Source: Blastocystis sp. Blastoise (Eukaryota > Protista > Bigyra: Opalinata). Taken from it: 64,000 nucleotides of DNA. The notes beneath the pieces were generated by a model, which did no database searches, was not told the DNA's origin, and saw only the letters and a list, made by a program, of their open reading frames with translations. This document shows, piece after piece, positions 13,001 through 27,507 of this stretch; position 1 is the stretch's first letter; every line of letters begins with the position of its first letter. A program made the position numbers and the translations under genes. Location of the stretch: positions 558,001 to 622,000 of the forward strand of contig JBBPEB010000017.1 in assembly GCA_039096225.1 (NCBI GenBank). The letters are read 5' to 3'.

Positions 13001-16000
13001 AATAGTATAGGAATTAATAAAGACTCTTCGATTATCATTATAAGTCCAAGTACCCCAAGCATTACTACACGCAGCATTTGTTGCCCATTTTGTACTTGTA
13101 TCATCATCAAAAGCATATTTTATATTTCCACTATATGCACCTGTTCCTTTTGATGAATCAAAATTACCATTTATTAACATTTTTACATCATTTTCATAAA
13201 ATACTATTGATGCTTCAAAAAATGATTGTGTTATATCGAAATATCCTTTATGAGTTTCTATAGCTAATACATTCTGACCTAAAACAAGATTGATACCATC
13301 ATATTGAATAGAGAATATATCAATAACAGTTTCTACATTAGTATAGTCAGAAGTAGCAAGACTAGTAGAAGTAATAATACCTGCAGGCATATTATATCGT
13401 CTTAACTCAATTCCATTTAAATACACAACCGCACCAGCCTTTAAATTAAGATTTAATTGAAATGCAACATATCTAGTAATATCAGAAACAGTAAATATTG
13501 TTCTATAGTATTGAGTAATACCTTTAGGAACAGTAAATGAATCTATAGTACCTATTGACCAATCAGAATTAGTATAAGGAACAGTAGTCCAAGAAGAACC
13601 AATAGGAGCAGGAATTGTATTACTATTTAAATAAGTCCATATAATAGAAGAAGATGCAGTAATTATTTTATTTTCAAATTGTAGAGTTTTAGGTGTTTCT
13701 CCTGCAAGTAATGTAGCAGTCAATATTGGTATATTATCAGAAAGAAGGACATATATTTTACCATTTCTCCAACTATCTTTATATGTATCAGTTAATATAA
13801 GATCATAAACACCTTCTGGTTGACAATAACTATAAAAACTAGTTGAATAATCAGGGAAATAACTTCTGGAATCTATGAACTCTTTTGTATCATGATCTAA
13901 TATTTGAAAACCCATTTCTTCTCCATCGTTATCACCTGGATTGTCAATTTTTATTTTAAAGATACTATTTGGATATGTACAGAAGGTAACCATAATAGAG
14001 ATTGTAGTAGTAGAAGCAATACCTTGAAGATTATAAGCTTGAATAGTGTATGTTGTTAATGGTGATAATGTAGTTGGGGAACCATAGATATATCCAGTAT
14101 TACTATCTATATAAACACCTTTAGGAAGTGTAGTTTCAATAATACTAAAACTATGATAATTAGGAACAGGAGTAACAGTAGATATATCTGTATCTTTATA
14201 ACCAATGATCGTATTTGGAGTATAAATAAGTGGAGATGTAACAATATTACTAAGATCAGCAGTTAATAATTGAATTTCAGAAAGTGAAATTAGTTTTGAA
14301 GTACCATAATCAGCATTCTTTGAAATTGAAAAAATATATGAATGATAAGATTTCGTATGAGGATTCATATAGAAACATTGTCGTTGATTTCTAGCTGTCC
14401 ACATAATATTTGATTCAGATCCTAAACTATCACATATATTATTATTACAGCCATAGACATTCCATTCAACAGGATCTGCTTCAATTGTATTATAATTACT
14501 TATAAAACAATATTTATTTATATATGAATATTGAGAAGAACTTGTATATGTAAATGTAAGATTAAAAGGAGTATATACTTTATAAGGAGCTTCATACATC
14601 CATCTAGTAGTAATTTTATTATCAATAAGTAAATCAACGCCTTCATTATCTTTAGAAGGACCAGATACTGATAGATCCCAATTACGACTATGTGTTGAAG
14701 AAGTACCATCTAATCTTAATGAGAAATCAAAAATAACTTCTACAGGTAAAAGAGTATCTTCAGGATATACTTGAGCAATACTAATAGTATTTGTACCAAT
14801 ATTAATTTTACTTATATCTATACTTGAACGACGGCTATATACAGCAGTAGAAGTAGTTGTAGGAATAGTAGAAATAGTAATATCACCATCTGGAAGACCA
14901 TGTCTATATACTTCATTATCATTAATATAAATAACAGTAGCTTCAGAAGATTTTAAAGATAATTCAACTAGATGCATATCAGTTTTAGAAGTAACAGTAA
15001 ATGTATGTCTGAAGAATTGAGTACGAACAGAAGAAGTAGGTCTAGTTTCAAGAGCAAGACAAGGTGTCCAATTAGTATCAGGAGTATAAGAAGTAGTATA
15101 CCAGTTAGTAGGAACAGTAGTAGCTTTAGTATAGCAAAGAACATTAGGATCATGATCATTAATAATATAGTCTATATTTAATTTTGAAGTTGAGATTCCT
15201 TTATCAACAAGAGTATCTCTAAAAATAGTAGTAGAACTATATTTATTAACTAATATAATAATAAGAATAGAAGACTTATCCCAAGCATCTGAGTCAATAT
15301 CTTTCATTTCTAAAGTATATATAGAAGTAGGTAAACAAATATTAGATGTAATTTCAGACATATCTAATCCATTAGTACTAAATACTTGCTTATTATTTGA
15401 ATCATATATATTAACGAATTCAGACCATGCATGAGAACCAGCTTTTTTTATAATTTGTAAATGTTTATAATTTATTCCATCACATTCAATTATAGTGATA
15501 GAAAGTGTACAAGAAAGAGTTCGACCAGTTATAGCATCAATAGCAGTAATTACAAAAGTACCTTCATAAGTAGTTACAGGGGTACCATAGATTTCACCTG
15601 TAGTAGGAACAAAAGTAAGACCTTGAGGAAGAGTAGTAGGAGAAGTAAGGGTAAAAGTTTTTAAACCAGAAGAATGAGGAGATAAATAAACACTATCTAA
15701 GTCTTTATACCAAGTATAAGAAGATTGTTCATAGACAAAATCAGTAATAATATCTGTATTACACGAATAGAATTCTATTTCACCAATTCGACAAAAATTT
15801 AATTGATCTACAACAGAAGTAATCTCTAATTTATACATATTATAAGCTTTACCATTCGATGGAATTGAGAACATTTTCGATTCCTTTCTAGCAGAGAATG
15901 TAACAGCAGCATTAATATCTAATAAATCCCAAGTATTACCATTATCATTAGAACCTAAAAAAGAAAAATTCTGAGGATCTCCTTTAGGAACATAACTTGT

Positions 16001-17224
16001 GGATACAATTTCATATTTATTAATCCATTCACGTCTGCCATCATTAAATTTATATATAAAAGAAATAGGATAAATTGGATTATTCCATATTACACTTGTT
16101 TTAATATTATTATCAAAAGCTTCATCTTTATAAGAGATGTCACCTGTAGAAGGTATAGTACTTATAGTACCATCATGAGTACGTTTAGAGCAAGTACCAA
16201 ATAAGGGAAGAAAGAATCCATCAAATAAATCTGTAGTACTAGGAGAAGAAGAAGTAGAAGTTGGGTGTATTTCTACAGCAATAACTATCTGAGTTTTGGT
16301 TCCAATATATTTCTTAATAGAATGAGTTATTCTTCGATATTCATAAGTACTATCTAAAGTAGTAGCAAGAGTATATCCAGTAATAATACCATTAGGTAGA
16401 TTTTTTCTATTTAATTCTTGACCATTTATATATACAATCATTCCTTCTTTAGCATTAATACCAAGTTCAAAAGTAGCAAAATTACTAAGATCAGGAAGAG
16501 TAATAGTAGTACGATAATAACGAGTAATAGCAGATTGCGGAGCAGGAAAAGATCCACTAGAATAACTAGACCAAGAAGTAACATCATAAGTTGATTGAGT
16601 CCAAGAAGAATCAGATTGAACAGCAGTTGAATATTTCCATTGAGAGGATTTAGGAAGAGAATAAGAAGCTATAGAGAAATATTTGAGTTATACACAAGAT
16701 AATTAATAGATAAATTTTTGTTTTTAAATAAAAAATACTATTATTATTATATATATATACGATAAATAGTCCACTCTACAAAGCCACCACTATTAAGCAT
16801 ATCATATAATATTATAGTTCCATCAATAGATACAGTCAGAGATGAACCATCATACCAACCATTTGAAGAGCTATATAGAATGAACATAATTAGAAATTAA
16901 TAATAACTGATTTAATGTTAAAATCAATACGTGTCCGTAGCTACGATTGTATGAATGACAGGGTTTAGACAGAATTCATATGTTTTCAGCTGATTATCAA
17001 GTGATGATTGGCCTAGAATTGAGCCAACAAGAAATCCAGATGAGTAAGGACCTTCATATATTCTCACATCTTCTTCTTTACATGACGAGGAAAATTTTCT
17101 AATAAATTGAACAGCAATTTGTGGTTCAACACAGTTAATTGCGTTACCTAAAAATAATAGGCATATAATGATCTATGTTAATCATACTTAGCATTAAAAA
17201 GAATAACAGAATAGGAATTATCAT
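10022..17224 (-). CDS. Giant type-I membrane surface protein (~2,300 aa): signal peptide, galactose-binding/F5-8-like domains, He_PIG (putative Ig) repeats, Cys/Trp modules, one C-terminal TM
   Basis: The 2139-aa ORF extends via three short 5' exons to MIIPILLFFLML. Repeated LPxGLxID..TGxIxGTP; CPxDGxW..C..G..TRxC..GxW..C modules; TM AIAVTIIIVIVIVIIIGIAVLFFVY. Confidence 0.93.
11090..12030 (-). repeat. Intragenic tandem duplication, 408-bp (136-aa) unit, about 2.3 copies
   Basis: Near-identical ccatctaaaggacaagtacgagaattaatagtaat at 11193 and 11601. One unit = Cys module + He_PIG. Confidence 0.9.
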
Positions 17225-18339
17225 TTTGTTTACACAATGAGGAATGTTTTATTTAAAAATAATAAAATATGAGAATTATATCAAATGAAAAACTGTATTG
17301 ATTATTACTAGAAGTAGTATTTTTAGTGTAATCATATGATAAATGAAACTTGAAAAGTTAGTAGAATATATGAAGAAAAGTATTTTTTACTAAAACAAAT
17401 TATGTTGATAACGTTTATCATTATTTACAACTATGCTGTATATATGTATATATATGTTATATATAAGAAGAAATCTAACTAGTGAAATCAACAAATGATT
17501 GAAAAAATAGTTATAATGAAAATATTTTCTTTCATTTTCAGAAACATTTCATTTTTTGTTTAAAAAATAATAATAATTTTCCGAAAAACGAGAACCAAAA
17601 AAACTGAATATATAAAGAATTCTTTTTATTGGTGTTTTTCGGGATGGCTTTAGTAGTGCACGTTGGTTTGTTACTTTTTTTAGTATTTGTGATTCTATAA
17701 AGAAATAGATTTTTATTTTAGTATAATAATTACTTTATTGATATCAATTTTTGGCATTCATTGAATACTAAAGTACTTTTACGAAATTTTACAGTTTCTC
17801 TTCTTTTTTAAAACTTGAATTTAAATACAAGAATTGGTTCATGTTATTTTGACTTTAGTGTTATAATAAGGCTATTATAGTTTTAAGTGTTTAGGAATGA
17901 AGTTTATAAATGTATGACTGTGAATAAGATTAATACAATCTGATTTGCCACATAAATTTAAAATGATTAATAATGTTTTTTCTCTTTCGTAAACTCAAAT
18001 CATTTTGTAATTTAAATACAAAAGAATGATTAATGATATACTTTAAAAAAGTGTTCATACGATTCTAATTGAGATTAATTCGATATAACAATATTTATGA
18101 AAAAAATATTTTTTTAACCAAATAACTAGCCTTTTATAACAAATAATTCTTATACTATAAGTATGTACTGATTTATAAAAGTAAATAGGTTTTCAACAAA
18201 ACAATATATATGCATAATTATTTAAAAAATTGAAAGAAAAAACAAATAGATAAAATTATTTAATGTTTAAAAAAAAAGATGTGAAACAATAAAACTTATA
18301 AGAAAATGAATATTATTTTAATAAGTAAAATGAGAGTAT

Positions 18340-20376
18340 TTATTCTTCATCATGATGCTTCTTCTTCTTCTTATCTTTTTTATCTTCACCATCATCATCA
18401 TGCTTTCTCTTTTTATCCTTCTTTTCTTTCTTTTCTTCTTTATCTTTTTTGTCTTTCTTTTCCTTCTTTTCTTTTTTCTCCTTCTTTTCTTTCTTTTCCT
18501 TTTTCTCTTTCTTTTCTTCTTCTTCTTTTTCTTCCTTCTTAGGTGTTTCTTCTTTAGGAGTCATTTGAATATCACTAGAAGCATTATAACTGGTAAAAGT
18601 AGAAGTAATAGTATTACTAGCAGAAGCAGAAGGAGCAGCAATAGGTTGATTAGCAGCAGTTTTAATAGCACCGCCTTCTAATTGACGTAATCTATCTTCT
18701 ACTTTAGTTCTAGCATCTAAACCAATAGTAGCTTCAGCATTATCACCTAAAGCATCAACACGAATAGCAAGAGCAGCTTTAGACTATATTTATATAATTA
18801 TATTATAGTATTATTCATATATATATATTCTTGTTTATGAAAATATTTTATTATAAGTAATTTAAATATTAATTAGAATAAATAATACAGTATATATATA
18901 TACAGCAAGAACACGAGAGATCTTACCCTTATTCTTAGGGTTAGCTTGACCAACTAAGGAAGCATGATAAATAAGACCATACTTAGGTGTTTCGTGACGA
19001 GTCTTAAGAGCACGGAATAAAGCTTTTTCAGCACCAAGAATTTATTGAAATAGAGTATTATTATTATATTATATTATAATATAATTGAATTAATTGTAAA
19101 GATAAAATAAATAATAGAAAATAGAAAATAATAATAAAAATAATAATAATAATAAAAACATCATAATACATACTTGAACAGTAGAAGCAGGATATTTAGC
19201 TAAATTCATAAGAGATCCAGCATGACTAATAAGACGAGCACCAACTAATTCACCAATAACAATAGAAAGATTAGGAGCAATAGCTTTCATTCTATTTTGT
19301 AAATATTCAAATAATTGAATTCTATAAGCAGTTAAATCTAATACTTGAGTAGCTAAATCATCAATATTTTGTAAATCATCAGTACTAATATCAGTACCCA
19401 TAGAAATAACAGAAGTTTGTTTTACAGATTCTTCAACTTCACTTTCTAAAATATCAGATAAATCCATTTCTTTATAATTCTTTCTATAACCTACTTTAAG
19501 AACTAATTTAGCATATTGAATATTATCATTAACAAGTTTTCCTAATTCAGGGAAATGCCAACCATACCATTCACGTACTCTCATAGCATAAGTATTAATT
19601 TCTTTATCTAATTCATCTAATAAAGAAATAGCTTGAACAATCATAGTATCAACTTTATCAGGAGAAAACTTAAGCTTATAACTATGTATATATAAAATAA
19701 ATAATTTGAATATTATTTAAATAAATAAAACATTAAAAAAATAACTAAATAAATAAAATAATTATAAAAATTTAAATGAAAAAAAAAACAAAAAAATAAA
19801 ATAAAATAAATACCGACCAAGAGAGTGAGCTAAACCTAAAACCATATGATGAATATCAGTTTCAGAAACGGAACCAAGTAATTCAGATAATTGACTACGA
19901 ATACCTCTCATTAACTTTAAAGCAGAAGTATCACTAACACATTTAATTCCAAGATTATCTTTAATAAGACCACCAAGCTTTAAATCAATAACAGCTAATT
20001 TATCCTTTAAATCAGCTTTTACAATATTCTTCTTTAAGAATTTTTGAAGATTCTCATCTAAAGAACCATCAATTAAAGCAGAAGCAGCAGCTAAAGCCTA
20101 TTATATATACATATATAAGCATTTCTTGAAATTTTAAAATATATATACTTCAGTAGTATCTCTGAATTTCTTGAAAGCAACAAGTTTAATACTATAGATT
20201 AAAATAAATAAGATACACATTTAAAAAACATATAAAACAAAAAGAAAAACATACAATTTGCTAGCACTTTCAGGATTAGCGAATTGTTCTTCAATTGTAT
20301 CAGGGTTTTCTAATTTACCTTCATCTTGTACTTTGAGAAGTGCATAACCGGCAGAAGATTCAAAAAGAACAAGCAT
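18340..20376 (-). CDS. NOP58: Nucleolar protein 58 (box C/D snoRNP core)
   Basis: [13 protein letters not shown].., [60 protein letters not shown]-repeat tail. Five coding introns plus a probable 5'UTR intron at 20467-20379. Confidence 0.97.
19042..19173 (-). other. Non-canonical GT-AA intron in NOP58
   Basis: CAA|gtatgt...tttcaataa|ATT CTT GGT restores TVQ-ILGAEK. The intron contains no AG and has an in-frame stop. Confidence 0.75.
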
Positions 20377-21454
20377 TTCTATAATCATCAATAAATATAT
20401 TGTTCATATAAATATAGTAACATCAAAAACATAAAAGTAAACATAAATAATGTAAAAATATATATACTTAATGAGTTCTAAGTGGTTTTATAGGGTAAGA
20501 AATATAACTGTCTTATAAAGCCATAGTATTGTTTAAGAAACGGATGGCTCTCCAAAAATCTCGTTTCTTGAAGAAAAAAACATCCGACTTTTTTAGGCTC
20601 CTCCATACTTTTTTTGGATTGAAGAACTGTGGCTCTCCTTAAAGACTCATCAATAATTGATTTATTCTTGGTTATCGTCGATTCATGGTTGTTGTTCATT
20701 TTTTTCTTGTTTTGTAAATAATTTTTATGTAATATATATTATTAGATGTACAATGAATGATGTGCAGTTTAGAGAAGAAAATACATTGTATTTCTTATCA
20801 TTGTTCAAATGGGAGTTGATTCGTTTTTAGAGAATGTATTGTTTATTATGTTTACATAAGACATGTGCATACAGAAAAACTATAATACAGGTTTAAAAAC
20901 ATAAGAAATATATCGATAAAAAAATAAATGTAATTTAATTATAATATAAAGTATTGTATATCATTAGAGAAAGCATTTCCTTTATATGGAATATTAAAAA
21001 TAGAAGAATTCAGAATAATATTTTTGAATCAATGAAAGTTTGTTTTTATATGTATGTTAAGATTATACCTATTTAGATATATATGTTATATACATCCATG
21101 TATCAAAGTGTTTAGTTTTTAAAAATTAGAATGCACAACCCAAATTTGAAAGAGTTTTTCTTTGAAAAATAAAAAACTGGATTTTTAGGAGAAAAAAATG
21201 AATTAATTATGAATATTTTATAAATCGTGGTTTATACTAATAATCATGGAGATAATGAGAATACTAGGGGAGTGACGAAGATAACCGCAATTATTAATGA
21301 GATAGATCAATATGAATATACCCTAGAATTATCTCGGTTTACTAATGGACTTTCAGATATTTGAGAGTTCAATTCTTTTTCTATTCAAATTGGCTTGATT
21401 TCATAGCTAACTTACCTGAGAAGCGTTTTTTTAAATAGAAGATGTGTATATAAG

Positions 21455-23511
21455 ATGACAGCTGAACAAAAGAGTGGTTGGAAATTTAGTCAATATTTTG
21501 GTGTCAAGATCAAAGTCCCTGAAATATTAGATGGTAAATATATTGGAAACTCTTATAACATAATAAATATTACTATAATGTTTTTATATTCTATAGCTGA
21601 TCTTTTATCGGCAATTGAATTTAATGATTCTGGAGAATATTTAGCTACTGGAGATCATGGTGGTAGAATCGTTGTTTTTCAAAGAACTGAGCATACGAAG
21701 GATGATACAGGAAAGAGTTCTCCTGAGTATCATTTCTTTACGGAATTTCAGAGTCATGAACCTGAGTTTGATTATTTAAGTAGTACTGAAATTCAAGAAA
21801 AAATTAATGTTATTCGATGGATCCGATCGAGTTCAAATGCTTTATTTTTATTATCTACAAATGGTATGTTTGGTGTTTTTTTTTTAATTTTTGATTTTTT
21901 TTTTTAATTTTTAATTTTTTTTTTTTTGATTTTTGATTTTTTTTTAGATAAAACAATAAAATTATGGAAGATCTATGATCGTAAGCAGCGTGCTATAACA
22001 TATCAGAATCCTGAAGATGTGAATTCATTACAAATTCCACAAGTAGTGACTATGGGTTCTACGATTACTTCACAAAATAAAAATATATATAGTCATGCTC
22101 ATACATTTAATATTAATAGTTTATCTACATTTAGTGATGGTGAAACATTCTTATCTGCAGATGATTTACGTGTGAATTTATGGAATATTGAACAAGCTAG
22201 ACAATCTTTTAGTATATATTAAATTTATTATTATTATTGTGTTTATTATGTTTATGATTATTATTGTGTTTATTTATTATTATTATTATGTTTATTATTA
22301 TTATTATATAGATATTGTGGATATAAAGCCAAGTAATATGGAGAATTTATCTGAAGTTATTACTGCTTTATCTTGTCACCCTTCCTATTGTTCTATATTT
22401 ATATATAGTACTAGTAAAGGGGATACTTCTATGTGTGACCTTAGAGTTAATTCGAGATGTACACCCGTTAAAAGTATTTAGTTTATTTATTATTTTATTT
22501 ATTATATTTAGTATTATATCTATTATTATATTTAATATATTTATTCTTTTATTTATTATATTTAGTATTATATTTATTTATTATATCTATTATTATATCT
22601 ATTATTTTATTTATTATATCTATTATTATATCTATTATTATATTTATTATATCTATTATTATATTTAATATTTTATTATTATATTTATTATTATATTTAT
22701 TATATCTATTATTATATATAGTCTATTCTATGCCCCAAGAAGATCAGAATGGCGGATTCTTCAGTGAAATTATTTCATCTATTTCTTCAAATGCTTGGTC
22801 ACGTATATATTTATTTATTATTATGTTTAATATTATATTTTATTATTCTTTTTCATTTTGTTTTTATAATAATATATATATATATATAGCTGATGGTCAG
22901 TCATTTGTAACTCGTGATTATATGTCTGTAAAACTATGGGATATACGTAATAATACACAGCCTGTGTCTATATTACCTGTTCATTCTTCTTTAGAAAATC
23001 GATTAGAATATTTATATGAAAATGAATTATTATTTGATCGATTTGGACTATGTCGTAGTTCTGATGGACATAAAGTTTGTACAGGATCTTATCAAAGCTA
23101 TTTCCAAGTATATTATTATTATTATTTTTTTATTTTTTTTATTTTTATTTTTATTTTTTTTTTTTTTTTTTATAAATTTTAAGACTTTATTATTTATACT
23201 ATTATATCTATTTATAATATATTAATTCCTTTTTAAAACACACTATATATATATTATCATCTATATAGATAATGGATATAAATACAGGAATAACTCAAAC
23301 TTATGAAGCTTCTCGTAAAAGTAAATTTAATACATTAACCAATCAAAATATGTTAAAAGGAATATCAAGTACCCCTGTAGAATATGATATTACTAACCAA
23401 GATTTCTTAAGAACTATAACTCAAGTAGCTTGGCATCCTAAAGAAGATATTATTGCTTTAAGTGGATTAAATAATTTATATATATTTACTGGAAGTAATC
23501 AAACTATTTAA
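21455..23511 (+). CDS. PPP2R2: Protein phosphatase 2A regulatory subunit B55 (WD40), 7 exons
   Basis: WKFSQYFG, LATGDHGGRIV, FQSHEPEFDYL, LLSTNDKTIKLWK, FLSADDLRVNLW, DIKPSNMENL, TRDYMSVKLWD. Six GT-AG introns. Confidence 0.97.
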
Positions 23512-25112
23512 AATCAATTATAAATATATAATTATATATAATTTTTTCTTATACATTCAATCTTAATCTATATATATTTATATAATTACTTTTAATTCTT
23601 ATTCATTATTTTCCTTTTGCATAAGCTTTTTCTATTCTCTCTTATGTCTTGCTTTCTTAGTTAATATATATATACATATATATAACTATTCTATTTGTTT
23701 TTATATTTGAATAAAATAATATTTTGATATATATCTTTGTTATTTCTATATATATATTATATTACTATTTTTTTTTTGATTTCCAATGATTATTTATAAA
23801 CTATATATATATATTGATTATAGTTACAACACTAGTCAATTACATATATATATATATATATATATATTAATACTACTACTACTCTCTATTGTATTCTCTA
23901 TTTATTTATTTATTTTAATTTTTTTTTTTCATTTTCTATTTTATTTATTATCAGTATATCTACATTTCAATTATCTATGTTCTTCTTTTATATATTTATA
24001 ATATTTATATATAATAATATATTCATATTTCGTTTTTATATGTAATTATTTTCATATTAATATAATTATTATTAGGATTGATTTTACATTTGCTTTTAAA
24101 ACATTATGTATATCATCTATTATTATTTCTCATGTATATATTTATACTTTTTATTATATACATTTTTTTTTTAATTTATATATGTTATATTTCTTAAACA
24201 TTTTTCTTTTTGTTTTTATTTTTTGTTTTTTGCTTTTGTAGATTTTTCTAGTAAATTATTTTTATTGGTTTATACTGTATTTATATATGTTTATATATAT
24301 ATATTTATTTTTATAATAAACTGTTACTAAAGAAATTTTTTTCTTTTAGAATACAATTATATGTATTTCTTTTTTTTTCAAAATCTATATATATATTATA
24401 TAACATGTGTTTTGTACACTTTGCTATTCTATATCTTATCTTATTTTCTTTTTTGTAATTTTCTATATCATTATACTTCATAATAGTAAACAACTTATCA
24501 TGATTTTCAATATTTATATTGTTGATTCTATTAAAAGTTTTTTTTTAGGTGTTATTCTTTCTATATACATAATACATATATCTATCTCTTTTCTATGTTA
24601 TATGTCTTATATATATAGATCCCTTTTTAAACATCCGTAATAAAAATTCTTTTTTGTTTTTTAAAGAAAAATTTTTTTATTAACTGTTATATCATCATTC
24701 GGAATACTAGTCGAACACATAATAAATCATATTCAATCATTAAAAGAATTGTCATCATCACATTCTATTGGATAAAGAGATTTTTTTTTTGTTTTTATAT
24801 AAAGTCAATGAGTCAATATACAAAAATAAATTTTAAAACATATATAAATTATCCTATCACATTTTATTTTACATAATTAAAAAAATGTTTAAATTCTATA
24901 GAAAGTTTTTTGTATATTATAAATAATTTTCAAAAATGACGTTTTAGATATAGTTTTTTCATGATTTTTTTAGTGTGGGTTTCCATGATAATTTCCCAGA
25001 AATAAAGTTTTTTTTGTAGTGAAGAAGTCAAGATATTCACGAATAAGACTTTTATACCGATTGACTTGATAACGATTTGTTGTTTTTGTTAAATAAAGTT
25101 AAAAGAAGAATA

Positions 25113-26802
25113 ATGTCAGAGCAAGAAGTAGAAATAGCAGGCCCTGTACAATCTCCTGAGGTTTCTCAAGAAGATCAATTAGAAAAATCATCTTTATTAA
25201 ATGTCGTTTATGAAAAGTTAGGTTCTATTTTATTGGAAACGTCTTTGCCTGATAATAAAACGGTTGAAGAAGATATTATGAGGAGAATTGATATAATAAG
25301 TAGACAATATAAAGATAATTTGGAAAAAGCTCAAAAGTTAGATAGTGTTCAGAAAGAAGCAAGTGATTTGAAGAAGATATGTTTGAAGTTACAAGATGAT
25401 CTTCGTAGTTATGATGGAATTGAAGGTGAATTAGAAGAATCTGAAGAACAAAATGAAAAATTGAAGAATGCTTTAAAAGCAGCAAAAGATAGTTTTGAAG
25501 CAGGTTTGAAAGAACAAAAAAATAATGAACAATTAATTATTAAATTAAGAAATGATAAGAATATGGTAGAACAACAATTATGTTTATTAAATGAAAAAAT
25601 TGATAATGAAATTCAAACAAAAGTTCGTGCAGTAGAAAAAGAGAAAGATCGTTTAGAAAAACAATTAAAAGAAAAGAATGAAGAAGTTACTGCTATTAAA
25701 CGTACTTGGGATCAAGCAAGTAAACAATTTGAAGATGAACAAAAAGTATTAAGACAATGGAAAACAAATCTTGAATATCAAGTATATTATTATATTATTA
25801 TATTATTATATTATTATATTATTATATTATTATATTATTATATTATTATATTATTATTATTATATTATTATTATATTATTATATTATTATTATTATTATA
25901 CTATAACATTATTATATATAGTTAGAAAATAGTGAAAAGACATTACAGGATATCAATGTAAAGAATTCAACTGAAATTCAACGATTAAATTTTATGATAT
26001 TAGATCAACAGAAATCAGTACAAGAATCAAAATATCAAGTTATAGAGAAAGATGCAGAATTACGTAGTTTACAAATGAATTATGATGAATTAAAGCAATC
26101 TTATGAAGATAAAATAAAAGATTTAGAATCACAAGTCATTACTTTATCCAATAAATTAAAATCTGAAAGTGAATCAAATAATTCATTATCTCAAAAAGTT
26201 GGTTCTTTTGATCAAAAACTTCAAAATCAATTAAAAGAATCAATCAGTCAAATTGAACAAAAAGATCGTGAAATTATTCGACAACAACAAAAGAATTTCG
26301 ATGAAGAAGTATATATAGAATTTTTATTTTTAATATTCATATATTATATTATATTTATTTTTTGTTTTTAATATTCATTATATAATATGTTTTATTTTTA
26401 ATATTAATAATATTATAATATAATATTTATTTTTCATATTAATAATATTATATTATATTTTAATAAATAATCTAATTATTATATATAGATATCTCGTATA
26501 AGAAAGCAGGTATCTGCATTATCTGCTGAATTAGAACAAGAACGTGCGTCAGGTCGTAAATTAAGAGATACAGTAAATAAACTTAATGATACTATAAATC
26601 ATAAAGATCAAATGATTGATGTTTTACATGGTGAAGTATTCTATATATATATATATTATCAATTTATATTTATACTCTATTATTATGATTATATCATTAT
26701 ATATAGGTTGCTGCAAAAGATGGAGAATTATTAGCAGGTAGACAACAAGTAACTAAATTATCAAGAATCTTAGCTCGAAAAATATCTCCAAATCAACAAT
26801 AA
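25113..26802 (+). CDS. Long coiled-coil protein of unknown function, 4 exons
   Basis: E/K/Q/L heptad-rich exons joined in frame by three GT-AG introns; stop at 26800-26802. Confidence 0.85.
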
Positions 26803-27010
26803 TTCTTTTCTTTTTTATGATGTTTTAATTTTTTCTCTTTTCCTCATTTTTTTTCTACATATATATATACATATTATTACTATGTTTCTATAAAAGTTAG
26901 TATTATTCATTTACTCTAAAAAAATGTTGTTTTTATTAATTATTATAATGACAATCTATTTATTATATAATAATAATTTTTAAAATATATAATAAAATCT
27001 TCATAAATGT

Positions 27011-27026
27011 GGTGTTAAAAAACACC
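27011..27026 (-). other. Histone 3' stem-loop of H2B
   Basis: GGTGTT-TTTT-AACACC followed by ACA on the minus strand, about 75 nt after the stop. Confidence 0.9.
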
Positions 27027-27099
27027 TGATTTTTTTTTTGTTATTTTTTTATTCTTTATATTATAATATATTCAATAGAAGACTATTTGACTAATTAAC

Positions 27100-27507
27100 T
27101 TACTTTCCGAGGAATTTAGTAACAGCCTTAGTACCTTCAGACATAGCGTGCTTAGCAAGTTCACCAGGGAGAACAAGGTGGACAGCAGTTTGAATTTCAC
27201 GAGTACCAAGAGTTCCCTTCTTGTTAATACGAGTAAGGTTACCAGCTTCACGGATGATTCTTTCGAAAATATCATCAACGAAAGAGTTCATGACGTTCAT
27301 AGCTCTCTTAGAGATACCACGTTCAGCATTAACTTGTCTGAGTACCTTATAGATATAAATATCATAAGTTTCAGCTCTGGCAACTCTACGCTTCTTCTTG
27401 CCTTCAACATCAGTCTTCTTTTCAGCAACCTTCTTAGCAACAGGTTCTTCAGCAGCCTTAGCAACTTCAGGTTGAGCAACAGTTTCTTCCTTCTTAGCAG
27501 GAGCCAT
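27100..27507 (-). CDS. H2B: Histone H2B (intronless)
   Basis: [64 protein letters not shown]. Confidence 0.99.
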   Translation of the reverse strand: MAPAKKEETVAQPEVAKAAEEPVAKKVAEKKTDVEGKKKRRVARAETYDIYIYKVLRQVNAERGISKRAMNVMNSFVDDIFERIIREAGNLTRINKKGTLGTREIQTAVHLVLPGELAKHAMSEGTKAVTKFLGK

